DNA from: Oligoflexia bacterium
Lineage (GTDB): Bacteria; Bdellovibrionota; Bdellovibrionia; JABDDW01
Assembly (NCBI GenBank): GCA_043732305.1
Contig: JAYTHU010000031.1
Location: forward strand, 23,033-87,032
Direction of reading: 5' to 3'
DNA: 64,000 bases
A program made the position numbers and the translations under genes. Below the pieces are notes generated by a model that saw nothing but the letters and a program-made list of their open reading frames with translations, was not told where the DNA came from and made no database searches. Shown here piece by piece: positions 39,012 through 48,638 of the stretch (the first letter of the stretch is position 1; the number at the start of each line of letters is the position of its first letter).

Positions 39012-40715
39012 ATGCCATTAAAAAGTCACGAGCTAGCAAAAGTCCGAGTCCGCATGCTCTATCAGCAAAATACGATAACGGAATTCAGTGCACTCTTCGT
39101 TGCAGCAGTGTACTTCTCCGCCTATCGCACGGTCGTCCCAAAAACGTTACTCATTGCTTGGTCTATGGAATTTGTAGCGCTGTCTATCATTAGGGTTGTT
39201 ATTTCCCTTAGATTTTTGAGAAAAATAATTCACGAAGGAAAGGATTTCGATCCGGTTTATTGGGAAAGACTTTTTTGTGTTGGAGTTTTTCTTTCAGGCT
39301 TATCCTGGGGAATTGCTGGCTCTGTTTTACTTCCGGAATCATTTACTCATCAGGTCATGATGGGCTGTATGCTTTCAGGAATTACCGCAGCCGCCTCCAT
39401 TGCATTTTGCTCATCTTCAATGGCGGCACAAATATTCCTTTTCACTTGTCTTACTCCTTACATTCTAACTCTCTTTTTTTCAAAATTTACCATGGGACAT
39501 GAATTAGTTGCGGTGGCCCTAAGCTACCTCGTGATCTTTAGTATTTTATCTTTAAGGGTAAACAAGTTCGCTCTGTCGACATTTTCGCTCGGCTATGAAA
39601 AAGATCGATTGATTGAGGAAATTAAAAGCAGTAAGGAAGCTTTAGATCTAGCACAAGCCATTGCCCATGTAGGCAACGCAGTCATTAAACCCAAAACAGA
39701 CACAATCACGTGGTCTGATGAAATATTTCGCATACTTGAACTAGATCCCAAAATCGATAAACCAAGTTCAGAACTTTACTATTCCCTTGTGCATCCCGAC
39801 GATGTTCATGACGCAAGAAGCAGCATCGCAGATTCCATAAAAACAAAAACTTCCCGCGCAAAGGACAGAAGAATCATAACGAGATCCGGAAACCTCAAGC
39901 ATATCTCAACAAAAATAGCGATTAGTACGAATGTCGCCGGCGAAGTCACCACCATCAATATTGTTGTGCACGACATCACAGACAGAAAAAAAGCGGAGAT
40001 AGTTCTAGCGCAAAATTATAAAATGTCCGCACTTGGTGAAATGGCGGGAGGCATAGCGCATGAGATCAACACTCCCCTCGCAATTGTTGCTGGTAAGATC
40101 GATCAGCTCAAAGATATGCTCATGAGGCCTTCCCTGGATTTAGAAAAAGCTATTCAGTGGTCAGATAAAATCAAAACAACTATCACGCGGATGGCAAAAA
40201 TCACTCAAAGCTTAAAAACATTCTCAAAAGATGCTGATGAAGATTCGTTTGAAAACACCAAACTAACTGATGTTGTCACCGAAAGCACAAACCTTTATTT
40301 GAATAAACTAAAAGAAAACGGCATAAAATTCTCGATTGAAATTCCAGTAAATATGGAATTAGAATGTCGATCTATTCAACTGTGTCAGGTTATATTTAGC
40401 TTGATCTTGAATTCCATTGACGCCATTCGAGAACTTCCGATCAAGTGGATTAAAATTACGGCGCAAGACATTGGCTCTGAAATTAGATTTTCCGTCATTG
40501 ATAGCGGAACTGGGATTAAAGAAGAGCTCAGAAATAAAATCATGCAGCCATTTTTTACTACCAAGGAAATTGGTAAAGGCATGGGATTGGGCTTAAGCGT
40601 TTCCAGAGGAATGATTGAAAGTCATTGCGGTCGTATTGAAATCGATCCAACCAATCATCACACCTGCTTCACAATCACACTTCCAAAAAAGCAAAATAGA
40701 AAACTCGCCGCCTGA
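39012..40715 (+). CDS. Membrane PAS-domain sensor histidine kinase (orphan)
   Basis: 5-6 TMs, PAS (WSDE, VHPDD, DITDRK), H-box AHEINTPL, N box, DSGTG, PFFTTK, GMGLGL. Confidence 0.92.
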   Translation: MPLKSHELAKVRVRMLYQQNTITEFSALFVAAVYFSAYRTVVPKTLLIAWSMEFVALSIIRVVISLRFLRKIIHEGKDFDPVYWERLFCVGVFLSGLSWGIAGSVLLPESFTHQVMMGCMLSGITAAASIAFCSSSMAAQIFLFTCLTPYILTLFFSKFTMGHELVAVALSYLVIFSILSLRVNKFALSTFSLGYEKDRLIEEIKSSKEALDLAQAIAHVGNAVIKPKTDTITWSDEIFRILELDPKIDKPSSELYYSLVHPDDVHDARSSIADSIKTKTSRAKDRRIITRSGNLKHISTKIAISTNVAGEVTTINIVVHDITDRKKAEIVLAQNYKMSALGEMAGGIAHEINTPLAIVAGKIDQLKDMLMRPSLDLEKAIQWSDKIKTTITRMAKITQSLKTFSKDADEDSFENTKLTDVVTESTNLYLNKLKENGIKFSIEIPVNMELECRSIQLCQVIFSLILNSIDAIRELPIKWIKITAQDIGSEIRFSVIDSGTGIKEELRNKIMQPFFTTKEIGKGMGLGLSVSRGMIESHCGRIEIDPTNHHTCFTITLPKKQNRKLAA

Positions 40716-40749
40716 GAATTAGTAATACAAAGCGTGGAGGAATTTTCTT

Positions 40750-41187
40750 CTACTTAAACTCAGAGGATTTGGCAGCAGCCTTCTTTTTCTGATGGAATAA
40801 GTAAGGCAAAATAAATGCCAGGCCAACGTAGGTGTGCAGGCCCGTGACCAAATTTTTGAAATTTTCGTCAACTGCGTAAAGAATAAAAGGTACCGTCAAA
40901 GTTAGAAATCCCAGTATGGCGAGATTAAACAATCCTCCGCGTTTCCTCTCAACTCCTTTTAATCCCGGTTGAATGTGAACGCGGATGAAATACCCAAAGA
41001 CAATCAAGAAAGCAAAACTCACAACCGCATGAGCTTTCAAAATCCAGATTCGCGAAGGCGGTGATTCTAATCCCATTCCGTAGTCGTGAGATAAAAATTT
41101 CTGCATGAGCCAAACAATCAAACCCGTGACATAGAGTGCAAGAAAACTATAAATAAATATTTTCTTGAATCTCCCTTGAAGCTTCAT
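40750..41187 (-). CDS. Four-TM membrane protein of the flavinylation cluster (His-containing, cytochrome b-like)
   Basis: His residues in or next to TM helices (LKAHA, RVHI, GLHTY, LFHQ); 4-nt overlap with apbE. Confidence 0.65.
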   Translation of the reverse strand: MKLQGRFKKIFIYSFLALYVTGLIVWLMQKFLSHDYGMGLESPPSRIWILKAHAVVSFAFLIVFGYFIRVHIQPGLKGVERKRGGLFNLAILGFLTLTVPFILYAVDENFKNLVTGLHTYVGLAFILPYLFHQKKKAAAKSSEFK

Positions 41188-42113
41188 GGGGCTATAAGTT
41201 CAGAGAACAAATCCAAGGTTTGATCATCCTGGATTATATTTTCTGTGAGCAGTGTTTCATCATGGAAATATCTTTCCGCCACTTCGCCAAAGGAATCAAA
41301 AATCAAAATTTCAGATTTAAATTGATCGCAGGCTTTCTGAATTGTTGAAGGCGTGCCAAACAAGGCCACCTTGGTCAGAGCATCAGCTACGCTGCAGGTG
41401 TCAGCCAGCACGACGGCCGCATGATCACTCGTGAGATTCGCACGAAGCGGAAGTTCATATCTAGTGGTCGATTGTGCATTGTTTTTCGAAACCGTTAATG
41501 AACTTGTCGCAATGGCTTTAAAATGGGTTTCGATCTTCCGTAATACTGGGATATCATAATTTCCGAGTCGCAAATCGATCTGCGAATTCACTTTGTTAAA
41601 AAAGCGCATGTCGCCACCGGCATTCACTACTCCACTGACAAGCAAACTTTCAAATAGACCATTGGGAGCCACTCCACCAAAAACTTTCGACTCAGAAAAG
41701 ATTCTCAAGAAATCTTTACTAGAAACAAGAGTCAAAATCTCCTCAACAACAGCATCGACAATAAAGCCTTTTGAAATTCCATCCAGATCGACAGAAAATC
41801 CAGCGTCTTTACGAACTCTAAAAACTGAATCCGTCTTTTCTTGGATATCCAAAGCCAATCCTAACAGAAGATTAAAATCTTGGTTGTTTTCTCGCCGCTC
41901 AAAAGGTTCATTTGAAAATCGAGAAAATATTTTTTCTAAGTTATGCGCCTTCTCAAAGGCCGCTGCAAAAATGGCATCGGCGAAAACTTCAGTGTCGAAA
42001 GTTGAAAAAAATCCTTCGGCTAAAGTAGAACCGGGCGCCAAATCGAGAGAGACTTGAAAAAACGTACCCAGCAAGGGTTTAGATCTTTTATATTTCTTGT
42101 TTAATGATGTCAT
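41184..42113 (-). CDS. apbE: FAD:protein FMN transferase (ApbE family)
   Basis: PLLGT, DLDGISKGFIVD, VNAGGD, AIATS, ADALTK. Confidence 0.85.
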   Translation of the reverse strand: MTSLNKKYKRSKPLLGTFFQVSLDLAPGSTLAEGFFSTFDTEVFADAIFAAAFEKAHNLEKIFSRFSNEPFERRENNQDFNLLLGLALDIQEKTDSVFRVRKDAGFSVDLDGISKGFIVDAVVEEILTLVSSKDFLRIFSESKVFGGVAPNGLFESLLVSGVVNAGGDMRFFNKVNSQIDLRLGNYDIPVLRKIETHFKAIATSSLTVSKNNAQSTTRYELPLRANLTSDHAAVVLADTCSVADALTKVALFGTPSTIQKACDQFKSEILIFDSFGEVAERYFHDETLLTENIIQDDQTLDLFSELIAP

Positions 42114-42618
42114 ATGATTCCAACACTCTCTTGACTCCCGCAGTGACGTGAGAAGAAGAAAGGGTAGCTCCGCTGATGTTTTTGATGTCTTTGTCGAGTT
42201 TGAAAAGAGCTGTTTTATCTTTTCCTACAAATTGATTTCTCCAAGCATCGCGCTTGATCTCATGCCCGTATGATTCTCGATATTCCAATATCTCAATGCC
42301 TTTGACTTTACCTTTGGAAGTGATTCCCACGGCATAGGTGATCATCTCGTGTTTCCCGAGAGCCCGATCAATCACAACAACATCTTTATTTTTATTTTTC
42401 CAGACGGTGATTGTTTTATTTTTCACGGAATCATCAGATAATTTCTCAATCAAAGTGATCTGATTCGAAGTCAAAAGAATCTGACTCTTGACCATTTTCT
42501 GGCCGGGGAATATTAAATCCACAGCTTTGTGCTCAGTCATATAAATTTCGCAATGAGCAGTCACCGCGTACGCGGGTCCAAGTAGGCTGAGAACTAAAAC
42601 TCCAGGCTTAGAAAACAA
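42088..42618 (-). CDS. Secreted FMN-binding domain protein
   Basis: Signal peptide; EILEYRESYG, QFVGK, flavinylation motif ISGATLSS. Confidence 0.9.
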   Translation of the reverse strand: MFSKPGVLVLSLLGPAYAVTAHCEIYMTEHKAVDLIFPGQKMVKSQILLTSNQITLIEKLSDDSVKNKTITVWKNKNKDVVVIDRALGKHEMITYAVGITSKGKVKGIEILEYRESYGHEIKRDAWRNQFVGKDKTALFKLDKDIKNISGATLSSSHVTAGVKRVLESYDIIKQEI

Positions 42619-42656
42619 GGTCCATCTCCTTTTCTAGAACTAATAAATAGCTAATA

Positions 42657-43580
42657 TCAATGTGCGTGAGAGTGCTCCGTGCCCAATGGAATTCCGAATG
42701 CCACCCGAAACTCAATATTCTCGTGTTGCCCCAGATGCGCATAAGAGCTGGTCACAGGAACACCATCATTACCAATACCGAGATTTCTCGGCCAGCCGGC
42801 AATTTGCGGCAACACAGTAACCGTCCACCAGTAGGCTTCACCACCATAATGCACATCTACCCCAGCAAAATAAGCCGAGTGTTCTTGGGTTTGAAGATTC
42901 ATGTCCGTGAACTCCATATGATTTCTTAATTCGACCCCTAAAAACCAATTGTCATGAACGCGGTAATTTGCGCCCAACGTGAATTCTGCCCAGAGCTCTT
43001 TCGATGAAGCTCCATCGTTTATTTCCCACTCGGGTTCCAACATAAAATTAAATGCTGTAACCATCTGATCACCAAAGAAATCCTTTTGCAAAATTATTCT
43101 GGTCTCGAGTGATCTCTCGATTTTATCTTGCCCCGTCTGTTTGTCTCTGACTGCAACTTCAGGCTCGATATAAAAGCCTAGACCTACGCCGTCTTTATAA
43201 GGGCTCAATACACGATAAATGAATTCTACCGACACTCCATTCACATTGAATTCGTTTTTATCCGGCAGATTGTTTGAGATATCCTCTGGGAGATAAATGT
43301 TTTTTAGGTAGTTGTAAGAGCTATTTATATAGAAAGCGGCCTGAAATTTGTCAGTGACTCCGTATTCGAACTCATTTCTGAGATCGACTGCCGTGTAACT
43401 CCCGCGAGCCTTCCCAGTGCGCATGGTCTGCTTCTGTTCATACTCCCAGTGATCGGCAGGGGTCGTATCTAAAGTGTAAACGTAACCGAAGTAACCTTCG
43501 CTGGCATGGGCTTTCTCAGAAAGCAGCAAGAGTGGTGATAAGAGTGCAAGCAGAGTCAAAATTGCGCGCGATCGGGCCAA
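42657..43580 (-). CDS. Outer-membrane beta-barrel-like protein (DUF6662-like)
   Basis: Signal peptide; FGYVY, EFEYGVTD, LSPYKD, alternating aromatic strands, His-rich tail. Confidence 0.7.
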   Translation of the reverse strand: MARSRAILTLLALLSPLLLLSEKAHASEGYFGYVYTLDTTPADHWEYEQKQTMRTGKARGSYTAVDLRNEFEYGVTDKFQAAFYINSSYNYLKNIYLPEDISNNLPDKNEFNVNGVSVEFIYRVLSPYKDGVGLGFYIEPEVAVRDKQTGQDKIERSLETRIILQKDFFGDQMVTAFNFMLEPEWEINDGASSKELWAEFTLGANYRVHDNWFLGVELRNHMEFTDMNLQTQEHSAYFAGVDVHYGGEAYWWTVTVLPQIAGWPRNLGIGNDGVPVTSSYAHLGQHENIEFRVAFGIPLGTEHSHAH

Positions 43581-43596
43581 TGGGAACCTCCATAAG

Positions 43597-43611
43597 TGAT
43601 AGTTACTATCA
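43597..43611. promoter_or_regulatory. Fur-family 7-1-7 operator
   Basis: Perfect inverted repeat TGATAGT-T-ACTATCA directly upstream of the RBS of the flavinylation operon. Confidence 0.7.
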
Positions 43612-43708
43612 TATAGCTTTAGTTGACCGTAAACTCAAACAGTGACGGCAATTATTGTCACTGAGTGTAACCATTTCATATCAACGGCGGTTTAACCCAT
43701 TTTGGCGC

Positions 43709-43724
43709 TGGCACCTTCATTGCT
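43709..43724 (+). promoter_or_regulatory. sigma54 promoter for the Agl/Glt-like operon
   Basis: TGGCACCTTCATTGCT, near consensus. Confidence 0.7.
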
Positions 43725-43812
43725 TTATACCAAGCGAAAGACAAATTCTGAAACGGAAGCCGACTTCGGCACCGATCAGAGATGAATTAATTTTTAAAAA
43801 GCGAGGAAGTAT

Positions 43813-44481
43813 ATGGGTCTGTTTTCAAGTGTTGTGGGTGCGTTTCAACATGGCGGCATCTGGATGTGGGTTATTTTCGTAGCTCAAATGTTTTCTTTAG
43901 CCATCATTGTAGAGAGAGTTTCAGCTCTGTACTTCAAACGTAACGACAAACAAAAAGCCGTGGCTCGTTTGTTCGAAGATGATATCCGCAAAGGCCAAAT
44001 CGATAAAGTTCTCACTCGCGCCATGAAAATGGGCGATTCCGAAGCCATCACTCGCGTGATTCAAGTTGGAGCTCAAGCGTCTTTAGACATGGGTGGACGT
44101 GAAGAAATTCAATCCCGCATGGATGAAGTTTTACTCGCAGAAAATTCTAAATTAGAAAAACGCACTGGATTTTTGGCGATGATCGGAAACGTCGGAACAT
44201 TATTAGGTCTATTAGGAACCATCGTTGGCTTGATTGATTCATTTGCATCAGTGGCTAACGCTAACCCAATGGAAAAAGCCGCTTTGCTTTCCCAAGGTAT
44301 TTCAATCGCGATGCATTCTACCGCTTACGGGTTGATCATGGCGATTCCTGCTCTCGTGATGTACGCAGTTCTCACAAACCGAGCTAACGCACTTTCTGAA
44401 GATTTAAATCAAGCAGCACTCATGGTTTTCAACTGGCTCAGCTTTAACAATGAATCAGTCTCAATCAAAAAAGCTAGATAA
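43813..44481 (+). CDS. MotA/TolQ/ExbB proton channel (AglR-like)
   Basis: GTLLGLLGTIVGLIDSF, GISIAMHSTAYGL. Confidence 0.92.
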   Translation: MGLFSSVVGAFQHGGIWMWVIFVAQMFSLAIIVERVSALYFKRNDKQKAVARLFEDDIRKGQIDKVLTRAMKMGDSEAITRVIQVGAQASLDMGGREEIQSRMDEVLLAENSKLEKRTGFLAMIGNVGTLLGLLGTIVGLIDSFASVANANPMEKAALLSQGISIAMHSTAYGLIMAIPALVMYAVLTNRANALSEDLNQAALMVFNWLSFNNESVSIKKAR

Positions 44482-44499
44482 CCGGAAAAGGAGAAACTT

Positions 44500-44925
44500 A
44501 TGTCACGCAAAAAAGAATTAGACTTCGAATTAAATATCATCCCGATGATCGATATTCTTTCCGTCTGCATCTGTTTTCTCCTGATGACTATCGTTTGGAT
44601 TCAAGTGGGAGCAATAAAATCGGCTCAGAGTTTGGGTGGACAGGCAAAAACTGCCAAAACTAATCCCCCTGCTATTTGGGCCACTCTTACTCCTAGCGGA
44701 ATGATCCAACTCGATTTGAAAGACGTTCCTAAGAACGAAAGATTTTCTAAACAAGTTCCGCTCTCGGCAGTGCCACAGGTAATGGCGTTTGTGAAAAGTC
44801 ATGTTCCAACAATCAACACGGGTCTGGTGATGCCATCAAAGCTCACCGCCTATAGCGACATTATCAGCGTGATGGACCAAATGAAAAAAGTGGGAATCAA
44901 AGACGTAGGAATTTCGCCACTCTAA
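44500..44925 (+). CDS. ExbD/TolR-family protein
   Basis: LNIIPMIDILSVCICFLL with the conserved TM Asp. Confidence 0.88.
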   Translation: MSRKKELDFELNIIPMIDILSVCICFLLMTIVWIQVGAIKSAQSLGGQAKTAKTNPPAIWATLTPSGMIQLDLKDVPKNERFSKQVPLSAVPQVMAFVKSHVPTINTGLVMPSKLTAYSDIISVMDQMKKVGIKDVGISPL

Positions 44926-44952
44926 TGAGTGATGAAAATAAAGGAATAGAAG

Positions 44953-45444
44953 ATGTTAGGTAGAAGTTTTTTAAAAGAACAAAGTCTAAAGGGATTGCTG
45001 AGCACCCAATCAATGCTCCGTCCTGAAAAGGCGGCCAAAAAAAAATCCATGATCTTCAGCATCATGCTGACATCTTTGGTCGACGCATTTTGTATTTTGG
45101 TTATATTTCTTCTCACCAATGCCACTAATTCTGGCCAGCCTCTCGATTGGAAAGGCAAGTATCAACTACCTGGCGCCACACAAAGTGAAGCGCTCGGATT
45201 TGGAACAGTCGTTAAAATTCAAGGCAGTGGCAGTTCCCTCACCTACTCGGTAGATAACAAACAGATCTCCATTGGAAATTTGGTCAAAGAATTAATCAGC
45301 ATCACCAATAAAGAGAATCTCATAGTTCAGGCCGATCGCGGAACATCATATGAAGCGCTCAATCCTATTATTCTTGCCGCAGCTCACGCAGGATTTGAAC
45401 ACTTCCAATTTGCGGTCTTACCGACTCAAGTGGTAAGCAAATGA
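44953..45444 (+). CDS. ExbD/TolR-family protein (second copy)
   Basis: MLTSLVDAFCILVIFLL, IVQADR. Confidence 0.88.
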   Translation: MLGRSFLKEQSLKGLLSTQSMLRPEKAAKKKSMIFSIMLTSLVDAFCILVIFLLTNATNSGQPLDWKGKYQLPGATQSEALGFGTVVKIQGSGSSLTYSVDNKQISIGNLVKELISITNKENLIVQADRGTSYEALNPIILAAAHAGFEHFQFAVLPTQVVSK

Positions 45445-48377
45445 AAAATTTAGCACTGGGCCTTCTTACATTTTTAATGAGCACTCATATAAGTGTGCAA
45501 GCCCATGCTGAAACTATGAATTTGGAATCGACAAATCTTGTCATCACCAAGCTTGAGCATCTCCTCACTTATACTCAAAACCAAGCAGATCAAAATGATT
45601 CCACCGGGAGCTCTTCAAAGATCGCTTTGAAGATGAGATTGGCAGATCTTTATTCTGATCGCGCTCGTTTAGAAGAACAGTTGCAACAAGTAGAAAAATC
45701 CAAGGCAGATCGACTAAAAGCTCTCGGCACTTATAATTCCATTATTAAAAGTGTTGGCGATCAAGAATCAAAATCTCGAACAATCTCTCAGATGGCTCAC
45801 CTGTATCAATTGACAGATCAAAGCGGAAAAGCCACCGATCTTTATAAAAATATTCTAAAAAATAAAGTCGATTATTCCACCGAAGTGATTGCTCAGGCCT
45901 ATTTGGATCTCGGTGAAATCGCTTTAGTGAAAATGAAATATTCCGATGCCGAGAAAGATTTCAAAAATGCGCTTATTGATAAAAGTCGTACGTCTTATAT
46001 CAATTCACGCCTTGCTTGGTGCGCATTTCATAAAGATCAACTTGCAAAAGCAATGAGCATAATGACTGCAATTTTGAAAGACACCGCAGTTGACAACACC
46101 CTTAAAGAAAATGCGTCACATGATTTGGCAACCTTCACGGCCCAGAAAACTACGATTGAATTGAGTGATGTCCAAAAAATCGTCGACCTCAGCCCCGAAT
46201 CTTCTAAAGATTCAAACCTCACCTATTTCGCGAGTGAACTTGATCGTTTGGGGAAGAAAAAAGCGGCACTTCTTGTTTATCACATTCAAGATTCCAAAAA
46301 TCATCGCGCTAAAGACTTCGAAGAGCATCTCGGTTTAGCCCAAATTCAATATGACCTGGGACATAAAAAGGAAACTGCAGACGAACTTGGATTATTCTTC
46401 GCTGGATGGAACAAGAATGGCTGTAAAAAAGAAGAAAGAAACTGCGACCTTCTAAAATCTCGCGGCAAAAAATTGATCACCGATTGGACTGCGGCCGAAG
46501 AAAGAACCCCAACTCCTGAACTTGTCCGCGCGTTCACTGGCTACATCAGTCAATTCCCTGAGGCAGAAATGGTTTTCTGGGCAGCGCAAACTGCAAAACA
46601 AGCAAAACTCTATAAAGAAGCCTTCGATCTGTATAATCAATGTGCTGGAATTACCAGCAGCTCAGGCGCCACTTTAGACAAATCTACATCCAAACTTTTT
46701 GAAGGCTCTTTGCTAGGCCAAATTGATGCCGCCGAACTTTCTCAAGACAGCACTCTCCAAATCAAAGCCTACATGAATTACCTTGCAGCAAATCCTAAGG
46801 GTGAAAAAGCTCAGAGCGTTAAATACCAACTGGCTCACGTTTCGTATGAATCAAAAGATTTCACTTCAGCAGCCGAGCAATTTCACGCAATTGCCATCAC
46901 CAGCGATGGTGACAAAGCGGTTAGAGAAAAAGCTGCCGACACTTCTATTGAAGCTCTCATTGCTTCTAAAAATGAAACAAATCTGCAAGCATGGTCTCAG
47001 GAATATTCAAAATTGTTCATCACCCGTTCTGCTGAATTTCAAAAAGTCTCCAGACAAGCCATGCTGAATCGTCAAGTCAAAGTCATCAATGGAAAAGCAG
47101 ACAAAGGAGCTTTGGCCGGAGCATTAGCAGAAATGACTGCGGTTGATTTGTCCCATGCAAGCCGCGAAGAAAAACTCACGATCTATAAAAATCGTCTCGT
47201 CACAGCTGAACGTTTAAAAAATATTTCTGAAGTAGAAAAAGCCGCAACCGCGATTCTCAATCTTGAACCATTGAGAACTGAAGATCGTGAGATGGCATTG
47301 AATCGGCAAGAGTGGGTTGCAGAAATGAACTTGCACTTTGACCAGGCTTTTAAAATCGCTAAGAAAATGAAAATGACAGCCCTCACTCCAGAGCAAAGAT
47401 TACAAAAGCTATCTCTCCTTGCAGAACTCTCTGGGAATAACTCGAAATCTTATGACGAACAGTTCTTAAAAATCAGTCGAAATAAAACATTGAGACTTGT
47501 TGTTATTTCTAAATTTGTGAAAAGTGCCGCAAATCCTTTAAAGGTTTTCAACCAGTACTCCTCTGAGCTCAAAGAAAACCCCGAACTCTATGCAGGCTTA
47601 GGTTTAGAAATATTCGCTCAAACCAATGACTATCGATTCGCATCTCAACTGATACAAAAGAAAAAGGTGCGAATGACAGTTTCGGGTCATGCGCTTTCCC
47701 GCTTTATCTTCTTAAAAGATTTCGATTACATTCGAGCAGAAAAGTTCCATCCTTTAAAAGCTCCTCTTAAAAAATCCTTGAGCGCTAATCTCAACATTAT
47801 GAAGAGAATTCAAAACGAAGCCAAACGCGCCATCAACTATGGTGACTGGACACTTCAACTTGTCACTCTCACGGAACTTCAAAAACGAAATGCAAAATTA
47901 GGTGAAGCAATCACCCATCTGCCAATCCCTCGCGGACTAAGCAAGAAAAATCATCTGCAGTACATAGCTCTGCTCACTCAACAAGCCGCTCCCTACTCTC
48001 AAACCGCTCATAGAATGTCAGTGCACATTGCTGACATGTGGGACAAAGCCGACACCAAAAAGATGGCTGCAGAAGTCAAGAACACTCAGTTCTCCATGCG
48101 CAGTCTGGCGATAAAACAAATTCGCACAGTGGCAGTTATCGCTCCCGAAGATCGATTTAAATCTTTACGGGAAGATTTAAATGACGCGCTCAAAGAAGCC
48201 AAAGAAAAACCCACCCGCGATCAAATTGCAAAGCTCATGGATGCAGTAAAACAAGAACCCTTTGATGAAGCAAAAATCAATGAACTGCGTTCGCTCGAAG
48301 AGAAAGCCGGACATGAAATATTTGTTGCTTATTTAGATAGTCGTTTGATTCAACTCAAACAAGGAACAAAAGAATGA
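45441..48377 (+). CDS. Large periplasmic TPR protein of the gliding cluster
   Basis: Signal peptide; many TPR-like helical repeats (RLADLYSDRAR, AYLDLGEI, RLAWC). Confidence 0.8.
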   Translation: MKNLALGLLTFLMSTHISVQAHAETMNLESTNLVITKLEHLLTYTQNQADQNDSTGSSSKIALKMRLADLYSDRARLEEQLQQVEKSKADRLKALGTYNSIIKSVGDQESKSRTISQMAHLYQLTDQSGKATDLYKNILKNKVDYSTEVIAQAYLDLGEIALVKMKYSDAEKDFKNALIDKSRTSYINSRLAWCAFHKDQLAKAMSIMTAILKDTAVDNTLKENASHDLATFTAQKTTIELSDVQKIVDLSPESSKDSNLTYFASELDRLGKKKAALLVYHIQDSKNHRAKDFEEHLGLAQIQYDLGHKKETADELGLFFAGWNKNGCKKEERNCDLLKSRGKKLITDWTAAEERTPTPELVRAFTGYISQFPEAEMVFWAAQTAKQAKLYKEAFDLYNQCAGITSSSGATLDKSTSKLFEGSLLGQIDAAELSQDSTLQIKAYMNYLAANPKGEKAQSVKYQLAHVSYESKDFTSAAEQFHAIAITSDGDKAVREKAADTSIEALIASKNETNLQAWSQEYSKLFITRSAEFQKVSRQAMLNRQVKVINGKADKGALAGALAEMTAVDLSHASREEKLTIYKNRLVTAERLKNISEVEKAATAILNLEPLRTEDREMALNRQEWVAEMNLHFDQAFKIAKKMKMTALTPEQRLQKLSLLAELSGNNSKSYDEQFLKISRNKTLRLVVISKFVKSAANPLKVFNQYSSELKENPELYAGLGLEIFAQTNDYRFASQLIQKKKVRMTVSGHALSRFIFLKDFDYIRAEKFHPLKAPLKKSLSANLNIMKRIQNEAKRAINYGDWTLQLVTLTELQKRNAKLGEAITHLPIPRGLSKKNHLQYIALLTQQAAPYSQTAHRMSVHIADMWDKADTKKMAAEVKNTQFSMRSLAIKQIRTVAVIAPEDRFKSLREDLNDALKEAKEKPTRDQIAKLMDAVKQEPFDEAKINELRSLEEKAGHEIFVAYLDSRLIQLKQGTKE

Positions 48378-48628
48378 AATACACAAAAGTTCAATTGATT
48401 ACCAGTCTTGCTCTAACGATTTTAATAGGCGTAGCAGCACAAGCGGCCACACCGTCATCGCAACAACTGAAAACTGATCATAACTTCAACGACAAAATGG
48501 TTGGCGGACAATATCAAGATCCCAATGGCGCAAAGGTAGACGTCGATGATGACAAAGTTTTGGATGATTTGATTGGTGTAAGAAAAAACTTTAAAGATCG
48601 TTTAAAAGAATCTGCACAAAGAAATTAA
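48374..48628 (+). CDS. Small secreted protein of the gliding cluster
   Basis: Signal peptide; LIGVRKNFKDRL; overlaps the upstream stop. Confidence 0.7.
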   Translation: MKYTKVQLITSLALTILIGVAAQAATPSSQQLKTDHNFNDKMVGGQYQDPNGAKVDVDDDKVLDDLIGVRKNFKDRLKESAQRN

Positions 48629-48638
48629 GGAATTATTT

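Noticed and set aside
43640..43663. CAGTGAC...GTCACTG inverted repeat as an RNA element
   Set aside because: Only 7-bp arms; it could be an activator site for the downstream sigma54 promoter but cannot be supported from sequence alone.
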